Below are positions 19,359-32,264 of a DNA stretch of 60,579 nucleotides, piece by piece. The notes under the pieces are model-generated. The model searched no databases. It had not been told where the DNA came from and saw only the letters and a program-made list of their open reading frames with translations. Every line of letters begins with the position of its first letter. The first letter of the stretch is position 1. The position numbers and the translations under genes are program-made. Source of the stretch: an uncultured Bacilli bacterium. GTDB taxonomy: Bacteria; Bacillota_I; Bacilli_A; RF39; UBA660. The stretch covers positions 1-60,579 of the forward strand of contig CANRKU010000005.1 in the NCBI GenBank assembly GCA_947631295.1, given 5' to 3'.

Positions 19359-22300
19359 CTACATAAACTCTTCTTCTAATGTTTCAAGTGGTTCTTCATC
19401 CACAAATTGGCTAGCTAAATCAAAATCAACATTTCTATATTTTTTAGCTCCTGTTCCAGCTGGGATTAATTTACCAATAATAACATTTTCTTTTAATCCT
19501 TCTAAGTGGTCTACTTTACCACGAATAGCAGCATCTGTTAAGATACGAGTAGTTTCTTGGAAACTTGCTGCAGATAAGAATGAATCTGTTTCAAGAGATG
19601 CTTTCGTAATACCTAAAAGAATTGGTCTACCACTAGCAGGTTTTTTACCAGCAATAATTGCTTCTTTATTAGCTTGTGTAAAGGCTGAAAAATCAATTAA
19701 TGCACCAGGTAAATATTTAGTACCTCCACCTTCAACAATACGAATTTTACTAATCATTTTACTTGCAATAACTTCAATATGCTTATCTGAAATATCAACA
19801 CCTTGACTACGATAAGTATTTTGAACTTCTTTTAAGATATACTCTTGTGTTGTAAGTGGATCTGTAACAGCAAGTAATTCTTTTGGACTAATAGCACCTT
19901 CTGTAAGTTTCTCACCAGCGATTACTTTAGTACCTTTTTCAACACGAAGTTTAGCTCCATAATTAGTAACATGTTCTTTCGTTTCTACATCGTTTTTAAT
20001 AGAAATTCTATATTTACCATGATCTTCAGTAATTTTTGTAACTTCTCCATCAATTTCAGCTATGGTTGCTTTTCCTTTAGGAATACGAGCTTCAAATAAC
20101 TCTTGTACACGAGGAAGACCTTGTGTAATATCTTCTCCACCAGCAACTCCACCGGTATGGAATGTTCTCATGGTTAACTGAGTACCAGGTTCACCAATAG
20201 ATTGTGCAGCCATAACTCCAATTGCTTCTCCAACTTCTACTAAGTTACCAGTAGCTAAGTTACGACCATAACATTTTTGACAAACGCCATGATGAGATGC
20301 ACAAGTTAAAATAGTACGAATTTCAACTTCTTCCACACCGCTAGCTACAATTTTATCAGCTAATTGTTCAGTAACAAATGTTAATTTATCACAAATAACT
20401 TCTTTTGTTTCTGGATTGATAACTTTCTTATTAGTATATCTACCAACAATTCTATCACGTAAAGATTCAATAACAGATCCTGTTTTATCATTAATAAAGG
20501 CACGAACAACAACACCAGCATCAGTTCCACAATCTTCTTCACGAACAATAATATCTTGGCTAACATCTACTAAACGACGAGTTAAGTATCCAGAGTCAGC
20601 AGTTTTAAGTGCAGTATCAGCACTACCTTTACGAGCACCGTGAGTACTTAAGAAGAACTCTGATACTGATAATCCTTCTTTGAAGGAAGATAATACTGGG
20701 ATTTCGACACTTTCTCCATTTGGTTTAGCCATTAAACCACGCATACCTGCAACTTGTGTAAAGTTAGAGATATTACCACGTGCTTTAGAATGCATCATCA
20801 TGAAGATTGGGTTATCCATATCAGCATTTGCTTTTTCTTGAAGCTCAGCTTGTACTTTATCTTTAGCAGCATTCCATGTTTCAACTACTTTTTCATATCT
20901 TTCTTGATCAGTAATTAAACCACGTTTATACTGTTTATTAATATTATCAACAATTTTTTGAGCTTCAGCTACAATCTCAGGTTTCTTTTCACTACTTACA
21001 ACATCACTCATAGATACAGTAATACCAGCTACTGTAGAATATTTAAATCCTAAATCTTTTAATTTATCAAGCATGATAGAAGTTTCAGTAGTTTTATAAC
21101 GTTTAAAGATTTGAGCAATAACTTTTTCAAGTACTCCTTTAGCAAAAGGTTTTACTAAAGGCATTTTAGCTACTTCTTCTTTTATATTTTTACCCATTTC
21201 AATGAAATATTTATTAGGAGTAATATTTTGAATATTATCATCCGTAGGTTCATTAATATATGGGAATGAATCAGGTAAAATTTCATTAAATTTAATTTTA
21301 CCAACCGTTGTTACTAAATATTTACCATGTTGTTCTTCTGTAAATAATTTATATTTAAAAGAATCAACTGGAATCGCAATTCTAGTATGAAGAGTAACCT
21401 CTCTTCTTTCATAAGCCATTAAAGCTTCATTTGTATTTTTAAATAATCTACCTTCATCTGGAAGTCCAGCTTTTTCCATCGTAATATAATAGTTTCCTAA
21501 TACCATATCCTGACTTGGGGTAACAATAGGATCTCCTGATTTTGGATGTAAGATATTATTAGCACCTAACATTAAAAGTCTAGCTTCAGCTTGAGCTTCT
21601 TCAGATAAAGGTACGTGTACAGCCATCTGGTCTCCATCAAAGTCAGCATTAAATGCTGTACAAACAAGTGGATGTAGACGAATAGCTTTACCACCAATTA
21701 AAACTGGCTCAAATGCTTGAATACCAAGTCTATGAAGTGTAGGAGCACGGTTTAATAATACTGGATGTTCTTTAATTACCTCTTCAACGACATCCCAAAC
21801 AACAGGATCTTGATTTTCTATTAATCTCTTAGCAGCTTTAATATTATGAGCAATATCTTTACTTACTAATCCATGAATAACATGTGGTTTAAATAATTCA
21901 AGAGCCATTTCTTTTGGAATACCACATTGATACATTTTTAAAGATGGACCAACTACGATAACGCTACGTCCAGAATAGTCAACACGTTTTCCAAGTAAGT
22001 TCTGACGGAAACGTCCTTGTTTACCTTTTAACATACTTGATAATGATTTTAATGGTCGATTACCAGCACCTGTTACACTTCTTCCACGACGTCCATTATC
22101 GAATAAAGCATCAACTGCTTCTTGTAACATACGTTTTTCATTTTGAATAATGATACTAGGAGCTCCTAAATCAATTAATTTCTTTAAACGATTATTACGA
22201 TTAATAACACGACGATATAAGTCATTTAAATCACTAGTTGCAAATCTACCACCATCAAGCTGAATCATTGGTCGTAGTTCTGGAGGAATAACAGGAATAC

Positions 22301-22988
22301 AATCCATAATCATCCACTCAGGTTTATTTCCAGATTTATAGAAAGCATCAAGTACATCTACACGTTTTAATAAACGAGTTCTCTTTTGTCCCTGTGCGTC
22401 TTCTAATTCTTTCGTAATTTCTGCTAATTCTTTTTCAAGATCCACTTTCTTAAGTAGTTCTTTAATAGCTTCAGCACCCATACCTACTTTGAAAGTATTT
22501 CCATATTTTTCATAGTAAGCACGATATTCTTTTTCTGATAATGTTTGCTTATTTTCTAAAGGTGTATTTCCTTTATCAATTACGACATAACTAACAAAGT
22601 ATAATACTTCTTCCAAATCTCTTGGACTCATATCAAGTACAAGACCCATACGAGAAGGTACACCTTTAAAGAACCAGATGTGAGAAACAGGAGATGCAAG
22701 TTCAATATGTCCCATTCTCTCACGTCTTACTTTACTACGAGTAACTTCAACTCCACAACGATCACAAACAATATTTTTATAACGTACTCTCTTATATTTT
22801 CCACAAGCACATTCAAAATCTTTAGTGGGTCCGAAAATCTTTTCACAGAATAAACCATCACGTTCTGGTCTTAAAGTACGATAATTGATAGTTTCTGGCT
22901 TCTTAACTTCACCATAACTCCATTCACGAATTTTCTCAGGAGATGCAATACCAATTTTTAAAGCTTCAAATTTGTCTACTGCTATCAT
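19359..22988 (-). CDS. rpoC: RNA polymerase beta' subunit
   Basis: NADFDGDQM catalytic motif; Zn-finger cysteines. Confidence 0.99.
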   Translation of the reverse strand: MIAVDKFEALKIGIASPEKIREWSYGEVKKPETINYRTLRPERDGLFCEKIFGPTKDFECACGKYKRVRYKNIVCDRCGVEVTRSKVRRERMGHIELASPVSHIWFFKGVPSRMGLVLDMSPRDLEEVLYFVSYVVIDKGNTPLENKQTLSEKEYRAYYEKYGNTFKVGMGAEAIKELLKKVDLEKELAEITKELEDAQGQKRTRLLKRVDVLDAFYKSGNKPEWMIMDCIPVIPPELRPMIQLDGGRFATSDLNDLYRRVINRNNRLKKLIDLGAPSIIIQNEKRMLQEAVDALFDNGRRGRSVTGAGNRPLKSLSSMLKGKQGRFRQNLLGKRVDYSGRSVIVVGPSLKMYQCGIPKEMALELFKPHVIHGLVSKDIAHNIKAAKRLIENQDPVVWDVVEEVIKEHPVLLNRAPTLHRLGIQAFEPVLIGGKAIRLHPLVCTAFNADFDGDQMAVHVPLSEEAQAEARLLMLGANNILHPKSGDPIVTPSQDMVLGNYYITMEKAGLPDEGRLFKNTNEALMAYERREVTLHTRIAIPVDSFKYKLFTEEQHGKYLVTTVGKIKFNEILPDSFPYINEPTDDNIQNITPNKYFIEMGKNIKEEVAKMPLVKPFAKGVLEKVIAQIFKRYKTTETSIMLDKLKDLGFKYSTVAGITVSMSDVVSSEKKPEIVAEAQKIVDNINKQYKRGLITDQERYEKVVETWNAAKDKVQAELQEKANADMDNPIFMMMHSKARGNISNFTQVAGMRGLMAKPNGESVEIPVLSSFKEGLSVSEFFLSTHGARKGSADTALKTADSGYLTRRLVDVSQDIIVREEDCGTDAGVVVRAFINDKTGSVIESLRDRIVGRYTNKKVINPETKEVICDKLTFVTEQLADKIVASGVEEVEIRTILTCASHHGVCQKCYGRNLATGNLVEVGEAIGVMAAQSIGEPGTQLTMRTFHTGGVAGGEDITQGLPRVQELFEARIPKGKATIAEIDGEVTKITEDHGKYRISIKNDVETKEHVTNYGAKLRVEKGTKVIAGEKLTEGAISPKELLAVTDPLTTQEYILKEVQNTYRSQGVDISDKHIEVIASKMISKIRIVEGGGTKYLPGALIDFSAFTQANKEAIIAGKKPASGRPILLGITKASLETDSFLSAASFQETTRILTDAAIRGKVDHLEGLKENVIIGKLIPAGTGAKKYRNVDFDLASQFVDEEPLETLEEEFM

Positions 22989-22990
22989 TT

Positions 22991-25900
22991 TTATTCATCC
23001 CCTTCCATCATATCTTCATTTAACATTTCTTCATCAAAATCTAAGTCAAAATCATCATTATCATCAAATTCACTATCTTCTTCATAATCATCAGATTCTT
23101 CTGTTTCATTTGAAATAAGTGGTGCATCAAGTTCATTATCCGAAGTAGTAAAGTCATCTTTATATTCATCTTGTTCAATTTGTTTCAAGTCAAGCTCATT
23201 TCCTTCATCATCGATTACAGATATATCAAGTCCTAAAGCTTGGAATTCTTTCATCAGTACTCTAAATGATTCAGGCATACCAGCTTGATTAATTTCTTCA
23301 CCCTTAACAATAGATTCATATACTTTAACACGTCCAAGTACATCATCTGATTTATAGGTAATAATTTCTTGTAGTGTATGAGCAGCTCCATAAGCCTCTA
23401 ATGCCCAAACTTCCATTTCACCAAATCTTTGTCCACCAAACTGAGCTTTTCCTCCAAGTGGTTGTTGTGTTACTAAAGAATATGGTCCAGTAGAACGTGC
23501 ATGAAGTTTATCATCTACCATGTGGTGTAGCTTAATCATATACATAACACCAACAGAAATACGGTTATCAAATGGTTCACCAGTACGTCCATTATAAAGA
23601 ATCGTTTTACCATCTTCATCCATACCAGCTTTCTTCATCATATCAATGATATCTTGGTTCTTAGCACCATCAAATACTGGAGTAGCTACATGAATATTTA
23701 ATTTCTTAGCAGCCATACCTAAGTGCAATTCTAGAATCTGACCAAGATTCATACGAGAAGGTACACCTTGTGGATTTAACATAATATCAACAGGAGTTCC
23801 ATCAGGTAAATAAGGCATATCTTCACTTGGAAGAATCAATGAAATAACACCTTTGTTACCATGACGTCCAGCCATTTTATCTCCAATTTGAATCTTACGT
23901 TTTTGAGCAATATATACACGAATTACTTTACTAACGCCAGCAGGTAGTTCGTCATTATCTTTTCTAGAATAAATCTTAACATCGTGAACAATTCCTTCTC
24001 CACCATGTGGAACACGTAAGGATGTATCTCTAACTTCACGAGTTTTTTCTCCAAAAATAGCATGTAATAATTTTTCTTCTGAAGTAAGTTCAGCCATTCC
24101 TTTAGGAGTTACTTTACCAACAAGGATATCTCCTTCTTTTACTTCAGTACCAATAATAACAATACCATTTTCATCTAAGTTCTTACGAGCATCATCACCA
24201 ACATTTGGAATATCACGTGTAATTTCTTCAGGTCCTAATTTTGTTTCACGACACTGCATTTGATAATCTTCAATATGAATTGATGTATAAACATCATCTC
24301 TAACTAATTTTTCATTTAAAATAACAGCATCCTCATAGTTGTATCCATCAAATGTCATAAACGCAACTACTACGTTTTTACCTAAAGCAAGTTCTCCTTG
24401 ATCCATACTAGGTCCATCCGCAATAACATGTCCACGTTCTACTTTATCTCCTACATGAACAATTGGTCTATGATGGTAACAAGAGTCTTGGTTAGATTCT
24501 TCAAAATTAGCTAAATAATAAGTATCTTTACCAGTTTTATTTTTAATAACGATTTGTTTTGCATCTACATATTCAACGATACCATCAGCTTTTGCTACAA
24601 TAGCAGCTCCAGAATCGCGGGCAGCAATATATTCAACACCGGTACCAACTAAAGGAGCTTCTGCTTTTAATAAAGGCACAGATTGACGTTGCATGTTAGC
24701 ACCCATCAAAGCACGAGTAGCATCATCATGTTCCAAGAATGGAATACAACTTGTTGTAACTGCTACAACTTGTTGAGGTGATACATCAATATAGTCTACT
24801 TGTTCAGGTTTTACTAAAATAGTATCTCCTCTAAAACGAGCAGAAACTTGACTATCAGTCATAATATTATTATCATCGGTAGAAACAGTTGCTTGAGCAA
24901 TAATAACATCATTTTCTTCATCTGCTGTTAAATAATCAACTTGTTCCGTAATTTTGCAGTTTTCTACTTTACGATATGGAGTCATAATAAATCCATATTC
25001 ATCTACTTTTGCATAACTAGCAAGGGAAGTAATAAGTCCAATATTAGCACCTTCTGGAGATTCAATAGGACAAATTCTACCATAGTGAGATGGATTAACA
25101 TCACGTACTTCCATACCAGCTCTATCACGAGACAAACCACCTGGTCCTAAAGCAGATAAACGACGTTTATTTGTAAGTTCACTAATTGGATTAATTTGGT
25201 CCATAAATTGAGATAATTGACTAGAACCAAAGAATTCCTTCATAGCAGCTGTAACTGGTCGAATATTAATTAATGTTTTTGGTGTTACTTCTTCCATTTC
25301 TTGAGTAGTCATTCTTTCACGGATTACTCTTTCCATACGACTAACACCAATTCTAAATTGATTTTGTAATAACTCACCAACTTGACGAATACGACGATTT
25401 CCTAAATGATCAATTTCATCAAAGTTTCCTATACCTTCTAGTAAGCATAAGTAATAAGATACAGATGCATAAAAATCAGGAATAGTAAGTCTTTTAACCT
25501 CAAGAGTTTGATCATTACCAATAACAGTAATTTTCTCTTTCTTATTATTAGGGGCATAAATTTTAATTTCTTGAATTAATTTATAAGTATCTAATTCATC
25601 ATTAATTTTAGCTTCTCTAACACCATAACCGTCATCTAATAATGGTCTTAATTGATCAAGAACATCTTTAGTAAGTAAAGTTCCTTTTTCAATAATCATT
25701 TCGCCATCAATTTTAATATCTTCAGCTAAAGTTTGATTAAGTAAACGATCAATTACATTTAATTTACGATTAAATTTATAACGACCTACTTTAGCTAAAT
25801 CATAACGGAATTCATCAAAAAATCTAGTAATAATCTGGTTTTTAGATGAATCAAGTGTAGCTGGTTCACCTGGTCTTAATTTTTCATAAATTTCAATTAA

Positions 25901-26596
25901 AGCTTCATCTGTATTTCTAGTAGAATCTTTAAGAATTGTGTTTTCAATATATTGATTTTTACCAAACATATCACGAATATCATCATCACTAGATAAACCA
26001 AAAGCACGTAACAAAGTAGTCAATGTTACTTTTCTAGTACGATCTATTCTTACATATAATACATCTCTCGCATCAGTTTCAAATTCAAGCCATGTACCAC
26101 GAGTAGGAATAATCTGAGATGTAATTAATTCTCTACCATTTTTATCAATTTCACGATTAAAATATACACTTGGAGAACGCACTAATTGACTAACGATAAC
26201 ACGCTCAGCACCATTAATAATAAAAGTTCCGCTATCAGTCATAATAGGCATATCACCTAAGAATATTTCTTGTTCTTTTACTTCTCCAGTCTCATGGTTA
26301 AAAAGTCTAACATCAACCTTAAGTGGAGCAGAATAAGTTGTCTCTCTGTCTTTACATTCTTTTATAGAAAACCTAGGTTCATCAAAATGATAATCACCAA
26401 ATTCTAGAGATAGAGTTCCAGAAAAATTTTCTACGGGGAATAAGTCCTCAAATACCTCTTTAATACCATTAGTAATAAAGTCTTGGTATGATTTAGTTTG
26501 GATTTCTAGTAAATCCTTTAATTCATAAGTATTTCTAATTCTAGAAAAACTTATTCTTTTACGATGGTCACCACAATTTATTGTTTTAAATGCCAC
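22991..26596 (-). CDS. rpoB: RNA polymerase beta subunit
   Basis: [30 protein letters not shown] motifs; acidic C-terminal tail. Confidence 0.99.
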   Translation of the reverse strand: MAFKTINCGDHRKRISFSRIRNTYELKDLLEIQTKSYQDFITNGIKEVFEDLFPVENFSGTLSLEFGDYHFDEPRFSIKECKDRETTYSAPLKVDVRLFNHETGEVKEQEIFLGDMPIMTDSGTFIINGAERVIVSQLVRSPSVYFNREIDKNGRELITSQIIPTRGTWLEFETDARDVLYVRIDRTRKVTLTTLLRAFGLSSDDDIRDMFGKNQYIENTILKDSTRNTDEALIEIYEKLRPGEPATLDSSKNQIITRFFDEFRYDLAKVGRYKFNRKLNVIDRLLNQTLAEDIKIDGEMIIEKGTLLTKDVLDQLRPLLDDGYGVREAKINDELDTYKLIQEIKIYAPNNKKEKITVIGNDQTLEVKRLTIPDFYASVSYYLCLLEGIGNFDEIDHLGNRRIRQVGELLQNQFRIGVSRMERVIRERMTTQEMEEVTPKTLINIRPVTAAMKEFFGSSQLSQFMDQINPISELTNKRRLSALGPGGLSRDRAGMEVRDVNPSHYGRICPIESPEGANIGLITSLASYAKVDEYGFIMTPYRKVENCKITEQVDYLTADEENDVIIAQATVSTDDNNIMTDSQVSARFRGDTILVKPEQVDYIDVSPQQVVAVTTSCIPFLEHDDATRALMGANMQRQSVPLLKAEAPLVGTGVEYIAARDSGAAIVAKADGIVEYVDAKQIVIKNKTGKDTYYLANFEESNQDSCYHHRPIVHVGDKVERGHVIADGPSMDQGELALGKNVVVAFMTFDGYNYEDAVILNEKLVRDDVYTSIHIEDYQMQCRETKLGPEEITRDIPNVGDDARKNLDENGIVIIGTEVKEGDILVGKVTPKGMAELTSEEKLLHAIFGEKTREVRDTSLRVPHGGEGIVHDVKIYSRKDNDELPAGVSKVIRVYIAQKRKIQIGDKMAGRHGNKGVISLILPSEDMPYLPDGTPVDIMLNPQGVPSRMNLGQILELHLGMAAKKLNIHVATPVFDGAKNQDIIDMMKKAGMDEDGKTILYNGRTGEPFDNRISVGVMYMIKLHHMVDDKLHARSTGPYSLVTQQPLGGKAQFGGQRFGEMEVWALEAYGAAHTLQEIITYKSDDVLGRVKVYESIVKGEEINQAGMPESFRVLMKEFQALGLDISVIDDEGNELDLKQIEQDEYKDDFTTSDNELDAPLISNETEESDDYEEDSEFDDNDDFDLDFDEEMLNEDMMEGDE

Positions 26597-26690
26597 TAAT
26601 ATTCACCCCTATACATAATAATCAAAGAACATATTTATTAAAAAATAATACGTTGCCAATTTATATTATTAACACAAAACTAACAATAAG

Positions 26691-27275
26691 TCAATGAATT
26701 TTACACATTATAACAAAAAAACCTTTATTTTTTTCTAAAACTGTTACCTCATATTCTTTTTCTAAATCTTTAATTACACTCTTAGCACCTTGATCTTTAT
26801 GAATTACTAAGAATAATTTTCCCATGCTAGATAAATAACTCTTAGCTTGAAATAGAATATCATAAACAATCTTTTTACCTGCACGAATAGGCGGATTAGT
26901 AATAATGGTATCAAAAATACCAGTTATATTTTCATAACAATTACTTTCAAGAATAGTTGCATCTACCAAATTCTCTTTAGCATTCATTTTTGCCAGATGA
27001 AGAGCTCTCTTATTTACATCACACATTGTTACAGGTTGTCCTGTTAATTTAGCAGAAATAATTCCAATAGGACCATATCCACAACCAACATCCAGAATAT
27101 TACCCTGAATTTCATTCCAAGGAATATTTTCTAATAGTAACCTAGTACCAAAATCTAAATGTTCTTTACAAAAGACTCCATTATCAGTAAAAAAAGAAAG
27201 AGAAAAATCAAAAATAGAAACATTAATTTTACGAATTTCACTTTTTAAATCAACATTATCGAAATATTGTGCCAA
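26691..27275 (-). CDS. Class I SAM methyltransferase, RsmC/YbxB family
   Basis: LDVGCGYG, ITNPPIRAGK, QGAKS motifs; position between rplL and rpoB. Confidence 0.9.
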   Translation of the reverse strand: MAQYFDNVDLKSEIRKINVSIFDFSLSFFTDNGVFCKEHLDFGTRLLLENIPWNEIQGNILDVGCGYGPIGIISAKLTGQPVTMCDVNKRALHLAKMNAKENLVDATILESNCYENITGIFDTIITNPPIRAGKKIVYDILFQAKSYLSSMGKLFLVIHKDQGAKSVIKDLEKEYEVTVLEKNKGFFVIMCKIH

Positions 27276-27529
27276 GATATAATTCCTCCTAAATTAAAAA
27301 AGAACTAACTACAAAATTTAAATAGTTAGTTCTCCTTTCGTACCTATATAATACACCAGAAATAAATCTTTTTCAAGTTATTTTACTAAGAAAATTCTAC
27401 TTAAAATGATAATTTATAGTAGCTTGAATACCAGTTAAATGATGAGTAATACTAGAAGATTCTAATTTTTTCTTTAATATTTATTATCGATACGTCATCT
27501 TATCATTATTATACTATGATTATTTCTTA

Positions 27530-29599
27530 TTAATCGATTATTTTATAAGGATATTCACTTGTTCCTAAACCTATTGCTTTAATATTGGAATTTAAATTTA
27601 TTACTGGGCGTAAAGCAGTAGTACCATTAGTAGAAGTAAAATTTAACTCTCCATTGTAAAAAACAGTATGTAAGAATGAGCCATCACTACTAGAAAAGCC
27701 AGCTGGACTCATAGTGAAAAAGGCTAAATAATGATGGAGATAATAATCAGTAGAATTATTTTTAGGATATCCTCCTGCATGTACTACTTCATCATAAGAA
27801 ATTAATCCTATTTCTAATTTTAATGGCCCTTTTCCATTAGCATCTTCTGCACATTTAAAATTTGAAATATAGTCAGTATATAATGCCATATTTGTATTAT
27901 TGTTTATTACCCAATGAGTATCATAAGTTGCCTTAGCTTGTTCACAATAATTGCCTACTACTATTTGATTATTATATCCTTTATCTTCTATATTTTTTTT
28001 ATACCAATCTTCTAATATTTTCATTGCTCCATTTTCTAGATTAGTATTACTGTAATACATATAAGTATATTGATCATGAGAATCAGGATAAAAACTATAT
28101 TTAGTATTATTATCTATTCCATCTTGCATGATTAAACGAATAGAACCATCTTCATTAATTCTTATAATTCGCCATAAAAATCCAGCAAATTCTACATAAT
28201 TATTTTCTACTGCTCCTCTAAAATAATAAGTTGGACTACTATCATTAGTATTAGTGGATTTATATAAACCATTTTCTCCTGCTTCTTGACTTGTTGTTTT
28301 TAAATTTGGTTCTTTTTCTACTAAAACGTTCTGTGTTAAAATTTTATTTTGTAATGTCGTTGCTTGAATTACTTTCACTTCTCTTATTGTACTATTCAAA
28401 TTACCATTTTCATCTATTACGATATATCTTACTGTATAGGTTCCAATGACACTTGTCTTTACTTCACCAATAGTAATTAGTGTATTCTCATCTTTTATCT
28501 CTACTCCAGAATCTACATAATTCTCTGTTTCTTCAATGGTAATTACTTTTTCTCCTTTTAAAGCAATAGTTGGTACAATATCTGTTTTATTAATAACTAC
28601 TACTCTTGTAGCTGTTCCTTTATTTTTACTTTTATCTGTTACTTCATAATTTACATAGTAAATACCAGGTTGTTCTGTATTTATTGTATTTACAGATTCT
28701 ATTTCATCGCCATTTACGTGTTCATAACTGGTTATTACATTCTCATTCGTAAAAATCTCTTGATCATCTTTTATTTCTGCTACTCCTAATTCTGTATATT
28801 TTTCTCCTACTTTTAAATGAATATCTTGATTGCCATCTTTATCTTTCTTTAAAGTAATAATTGGAGCTGTATCTACTACATAACCATCATCTACATTTTG
28901 AATACTATCTACTACTACTCTGGCACTAAATGTTTTTCCTTGTATTTCATTAGGTGCTCCTAAATCAATCCATAATTTTATCTCATAGGTATCACTGTGA
29001 TTTGATTCTAATATTTCATTTCTAATAAACGCTAAACTACTATCTAAATTTGATAATAAAATAGGTTCTGAAAACTCATCAGTATTCTTTTTATAACTAA
29101 GTTTTACATATTCTAGGGGAATCATATTTTTTTCTGTTTCATCTAATTCTAATCTGATTTGATATCTAGCATCAATATTTCCATTATTATTTACTGTAAA
29201 GGAATGAGAATTTTGGGTAAGACCTTCAGCATCCGTCATTGGATACAATTTATCTAAATTAATTGTATTGTTTGTTGCCTGATAACTTACTGCTAGTGTT
29301 CCTGTATACATCACAAATTCTTTAGCTCTTGTTGTAGTTGTGAAAAAACCATAACTTACGCCAAATACTAAACTAAATACTAATAACATAGAGGCTACTA
29401 TAGGAATCACTGCTTTTTTCTTTTGATTTTTCTTTTGATTTTTCTTTTGCTTTTCTGATTGATTGATATTAGTTTTTTTATCTTTATCTTTTTTAGTTTG
29501 TAAACTATTTTTCTTTTTTAAATCCTTTTCCTTTTGTTGATTCTGTAATTCTAAATGAATCTTCTTTTTTAGAATATTTTTCTTTTTCTGATTATTCAT
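27530..29599 (-). CDS. Membrane-anchored surface protein: TasA/camelysin-like N-domain, two DUF5011-like Ig domains, C-terminal WRIIRIN..LRPVINL domain
   Basis: Lys-rich head, TM ending SYGFFT, two DxxP.I.L.G...Y.V.D..GN...R.V.V repeats. Domain names are from motif recall only. Confidence 0.7.
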   Translation of the reverse strand: MNNQKKKNILKKKIHLELQNQQKEKDLKKKNSLQTKKDKDKKTNINQSEKQKKNQKKNQKKKAVIPIVASMLLVFSLVFGVSYGFFTTTTRAKEFVMYTGTLAVSYQATNNTINLDKLYPMTDAEGLTQNSHSFTVNNNGNIDARYQIRLELDETEKNMIPLEYVKLSYKKNTDEFSEPILLSNLDSSLAFIRNEILESNHSDTYEIKLWIDLGAPNEIQGKTFSARVVVDSIQNVDDGYVVDTAPIITLKKDKDGNQDIHLKVGEKYTELGVAEIKDDQEIFTNENVITSYEHVNGDEIESVNTINTEQPGIYYVNYEVTDKSKNKGTATRVVVINKTDIVPTIALKGEKVITIEETENYVDSGVEIKDENTLITIGEVKTSVIGTYTVRYIVIDENGNLNSTIREVKVIQATTLQNKILTQNVLVEKEPNLKTTSQEAGENGLYKSTNTNDSSPTYYFRGAVENNYVEFAGFLWRIIRINEDGSIRLIMQDGIDNNTKYSFYPDSHDQYTYMYYSNTNLENGAMKILEDWYKKNIEDKGYNNQIVVGNYCEQAKATYDTHWVINNNTNMALYTDYISNFKCAEDANGKGPLKLEIGLISYDEVVHAGGYPKNNSTDYYLHHYLAFFTMSPAGFSSSDGSFLHTVFYNGELNFTSTNGTTALRPVINLNSNIKAIGLGTSEYPYKIID

Positions 29600-29823
29600 A
29601 TCGATTCTCCTATTTATCTAATATTAGTATACCATAAAATAGAAATTATTTTGCAAAACAATAATATGACTATTCAATCATAATGTAAATAGGTGACAAA
29701 AGTGATCCTAAAATGCATAAAAAAGTTGGAAAAATCAGAATTAACTTAACTCTCAAATTAATTATCTATAAAAAATAAAAAAACTAACCAAAATAGTTAG
29801 TTCCTTTTAATGTTAAATTTATT

Positions 29824-30198
29824 TTACTTAAATTCAACAGTAGCTCCAGCTTCTTCAAGCTTAGCTTTGATTTCATTAGCTTCATCTTTAGAAACGTTTT
29901 CTTTAACAGTACCATTAGCATCAACAATGTCTTTAGATTCTTTTAATCCTAATCCAGTAATTTCACGAACTACTTTGATTACATTAACTTTAGCAGAACC
30001 TCCATCAGTAATAACAACAGTAACAGTAGCGTTACTATCATCTTCAGCAGCAGCTCCACCAGCAACAGGTGCTGCTACAGCAACAGCAGATGGATCTACT
30101 CCAAATTCCTCTTTCATTGCATCTACTAATTCTTTAATTTCTAAAAGACTCATTTCTTTTAAGCTTTCAATAAAGCTTTCTTTTGTTAATTTAGCCAT
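29824..30198 (-). CDS. rplL: 50S ribosomal protein L7/L12
   Basis: [31 protein letters not shown]. Confidence 0.99.
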   Translation of the reverse strand: MAKLTKESFIESLKEMSLLEIKELVDAMKEEFGVDPSAVAVAAPVAGGAAAEDDSNATVTVVITDGGSAKVNVIKVVREITGLGLKESKDIVDANGTVKENVSKDEANEIKAKLEEAGATVEFK

Positions 30199-30223
30199 TT
30201 TATTTTCCTCCTATTTTTTATAA

Positions 30224-30721
30224 TTAATTTTCTTCTTTTTGTTTAGCATATAAATCTAAGCTGATTGATAAATCTCTTGGTATTGCAATCAATGCACCAG
30301 CTAACATAGTAAGTAGTCCTTCTCTTGATGGAATCTTTGCAAGTTGTGCAAGTTGTTTTGTATCTGAAATTTCTCCATCAACAATCCCTACTTTTAAAAC
30401 TAATGCTGGGTGAGTTTTAGCAAATTCAGTTAAAACTTTAATTGGTGCTACTGCATCGTTACCATAAGCAAAAGCACTTGGTCCTTCTAAGCTAGATTTA
30501 ACATCTATTTTTAAATCATCAAATGCTCTAGCCATTAAAGTATTTTTATATACTTTATAATCAGCACCTACTTCACGAAGCTTTACTCTTAACTCTTTTG
30601 ACTCATTATCAGTAAGACCACGATAATCAAATAATACAACAGTATTAGCTTCTTCTACTCTTTGTTTAACTTCATCAATAATTTCTTGCTTCTTAGCTAA
30701 AATATTTGCATTTGCCACCAT
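30224..30721 (-). CDS. rplJ: 50S ribosomal protein L10
   Basis: DYRGL, KVYKNTL, IPSREGLL. Confidence 0.98.
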   Translation of the reverse strand: MVANANILAKKQEIIDEVKQRVEEANTVVLFDYRGLTDNESKELRVKLREVGADYKVYKNTLMARAFDDLKIDVKSSLEGPSAFAYGNDAVAPIKVLTEFAKTHPALVLKVGIVDGEISDTKQLAQLAKIPSREGLLTMLAGALIAIPRDLSISLDLYAKQKEEN

Positions 30722-30754
30722 AACACCTCCTCTTAATTTTTAATTTAGGGATGC

Positions 30755-30850
30755 CACAAAAAAATTCTCGAATAATCCGAGAACTTTTTTAACTTTTTAT
30801 GAAAGTCCTCGGCAGGATTTACTTTTCTACCTGCTGTCTATGGCACCAAT
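30755..30850 (-). promoter_or_regulatory. L10 leader (attenuator)
   Basis: TAGACAGCAGG...CCTGCCGAGG kink-turn-type motif followed by hairpin ttctcg-gattatt-cgagaa plus U-tract. Confidence 0.85.
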
Positions 30851-30879
30851 AAATTACTAATATTATATATTAACAATTA

Positions 30880-31578
30880 CTATTTGTCAAAAGAATTAAT
30901 TAAAATTTTAATTCCTGGACCCATAGTAGTTGTAATAGCAATATTCTTAATATAATCACCTTTTACAGTAGAAGGTTTTACTTTAAGAATAGTAGCCATG
31001 AATGCATCAAGGTTTTCTAACAATTGAGCTTCTGTAAAAGAAACTTTACCAATAATACCATGTACATTTCCAAAACTATCTGTTCTATATTCAACACGAC
31101 CAGCCTTAACTTCACTGACTGCTTTACTAACATCTGTTGTAACAGTACCAGTTTTAGGATTTGGCATTAATCCTTTTGGTCCTAAAACTTTACCTAATTT
31201 ACCAAGTAATGGCATCATATCAGGTGTAGCAATCATAACATCAAAATCAAACCAATTTTCTTTTTCAATTTTTTGAAGCATATCTGTATCGCCAACATAA
31301 TCAGCACCTGCTTCTTTTGCTTTTGTAGCATTATCGCCTTTAGCAATTACTAATACCTTCTTAGTTTTTCCTGTACCATGAGGTAAAACAATTGCACCTC
31401 TTAATTGTTGATCAGCTTTTTTTGTATCTAAGTTAAGTCTAACTGCTACCTCAACAGTAGCATCAAATTTACTAACTGAAGTTTCTTTTGCTAATTTTAC
31501 AGCTTCTTCTTTGGTATAAGCTTTATTCTTTTCTACCTTTTCACAAGCTGTAACATACTTCTTTCCTCTTTGTTTCAC
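30880..31578 (-). CDS. rplA: 50S ribosomal protein L1
   Basis: [29 protein letters not shown]. Confidence 0.99.
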   Translation of the reverse strand: MKQRGKKYVTACEKVEKNKAYTKEEAVKLAKETSVSKFDATVEVAVRLNLDTKKADQQLRGAIVLPHGTGKTKKVLVIAKGDNATKAKEAGADYVGDTDMLQKIEKENWFDFDVMIATPDMMPLLGKLGKVLGPKGLMPNPKTGTVTTDVSKAVSEVKAGRVEYRTDSFGNVHGIIGKVSFTEAQLLENLDAFMATILKVKPSTVKGDYIKNIAITTTMGPGIKILINSFDK

Positions 31579-31593
31579 TTTAATTCCTCCTTA

Positions 31594-31665
31594 TGTGGTT
31601 TATCTTCGATTATCTCGAATGTTTTTTGGATTCCGGATGAAAAGCGGTACCATCTTCCTCCCACA
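31594..31665 (-). promoter_or_regulatory. L1-binding leader site upstream of rplA
   Basis: GTGGGAGG...AAACCAC internal-loop motif directly before the RBS. Confidence 0.65.
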
Positions 31666-31684
31666 TAGTAATAAATTATTTCTA

Positions 31685-32110
31685 TTAATCTACTACTGTA
31701 ATTCCCATGTTACGTGCAGTTCCTTCAACAATTTTCATTGCTTCTTCAACTGTGTAAGCATTTAAATCAGGTAATTTTGTTTCTGCTATTTGTCTTAATT
31801 GATCTCTAGTAATTGATCCAACAATTTCACTAGATCCTTTACTAGACCCTTTCTTAACATTTGCAGCTTTCATAATCAAAAATGCAGCAGGTGGAGTTTT
31901 AATTACAAAATCGAAGCTTCTATCATCATAAATAGAAATCTCAACTGGTAAAATATCTCCCATTTTATCTTTTGTTGCATCATTATATTTTGTACAAAAA
32001 TCTTGTAAATTAATTCCTGCAGGTCCTAATACTGTTCCAACTGGTGGAGCAGGTGTAGCTTTACCAGCAGCAATTTGTAGTTTAATTTTTTTAACAACTT
32101 CCTTTGCCAC
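31685..32110 (-). CDS. rplK: 50S ribosomal protein L11 (likely GTG start at 32110)
   Basis: [24 protein letters not shown]; AGGAGGT RBS. Confidence 0.99.
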   Translation of the reverse strand: MAKEVVKKIKLQIAAGKATPAPPVGTVLGPAGINLQDFCTKYNDATKDKMGDILPVEISIYDDRSFDFVIKTPPAAFLIMKAANVKKGSSKGSSEIVGSITRDQLRQIAETKLPDLNAYTVEEAMKIVEGTARNMGITVVD

Positions 32111-32144
32111 GAAAAACACCTCCTATAATTTTTTGTCTTCGTGA

Positions 32145-32203
32145 GTGGTCCAAATAGCTATCCGCTTTATATCATAATAAATATGACTTAGCATGCTTCC
32201 CAC
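32145..32203 (-). promoter_or_regulatory. L1-binding leader site upstream of rplK
   Basis: GTGGGAAG...GACCAC motif. Confidence 0.6.
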
Positions 32204-32264
32204 TAATCGAAATCTATATTAAAATAATATAGCTCCTAAATAATACCATTAAATGTCAGAAAAA

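Noticed and set aside
19339-19806. Antisense and alternate-frame ORFs inside core genes (also 5060, 11643, 11671, 14134, 15694, 17317, 20381, 20416, 24941, 29810, 37737, 53603, 53825, 57101-57558, 58836, 59910)
   Set aside because: Shadow ORFs of strongly conserved genes, caused by codon bias.
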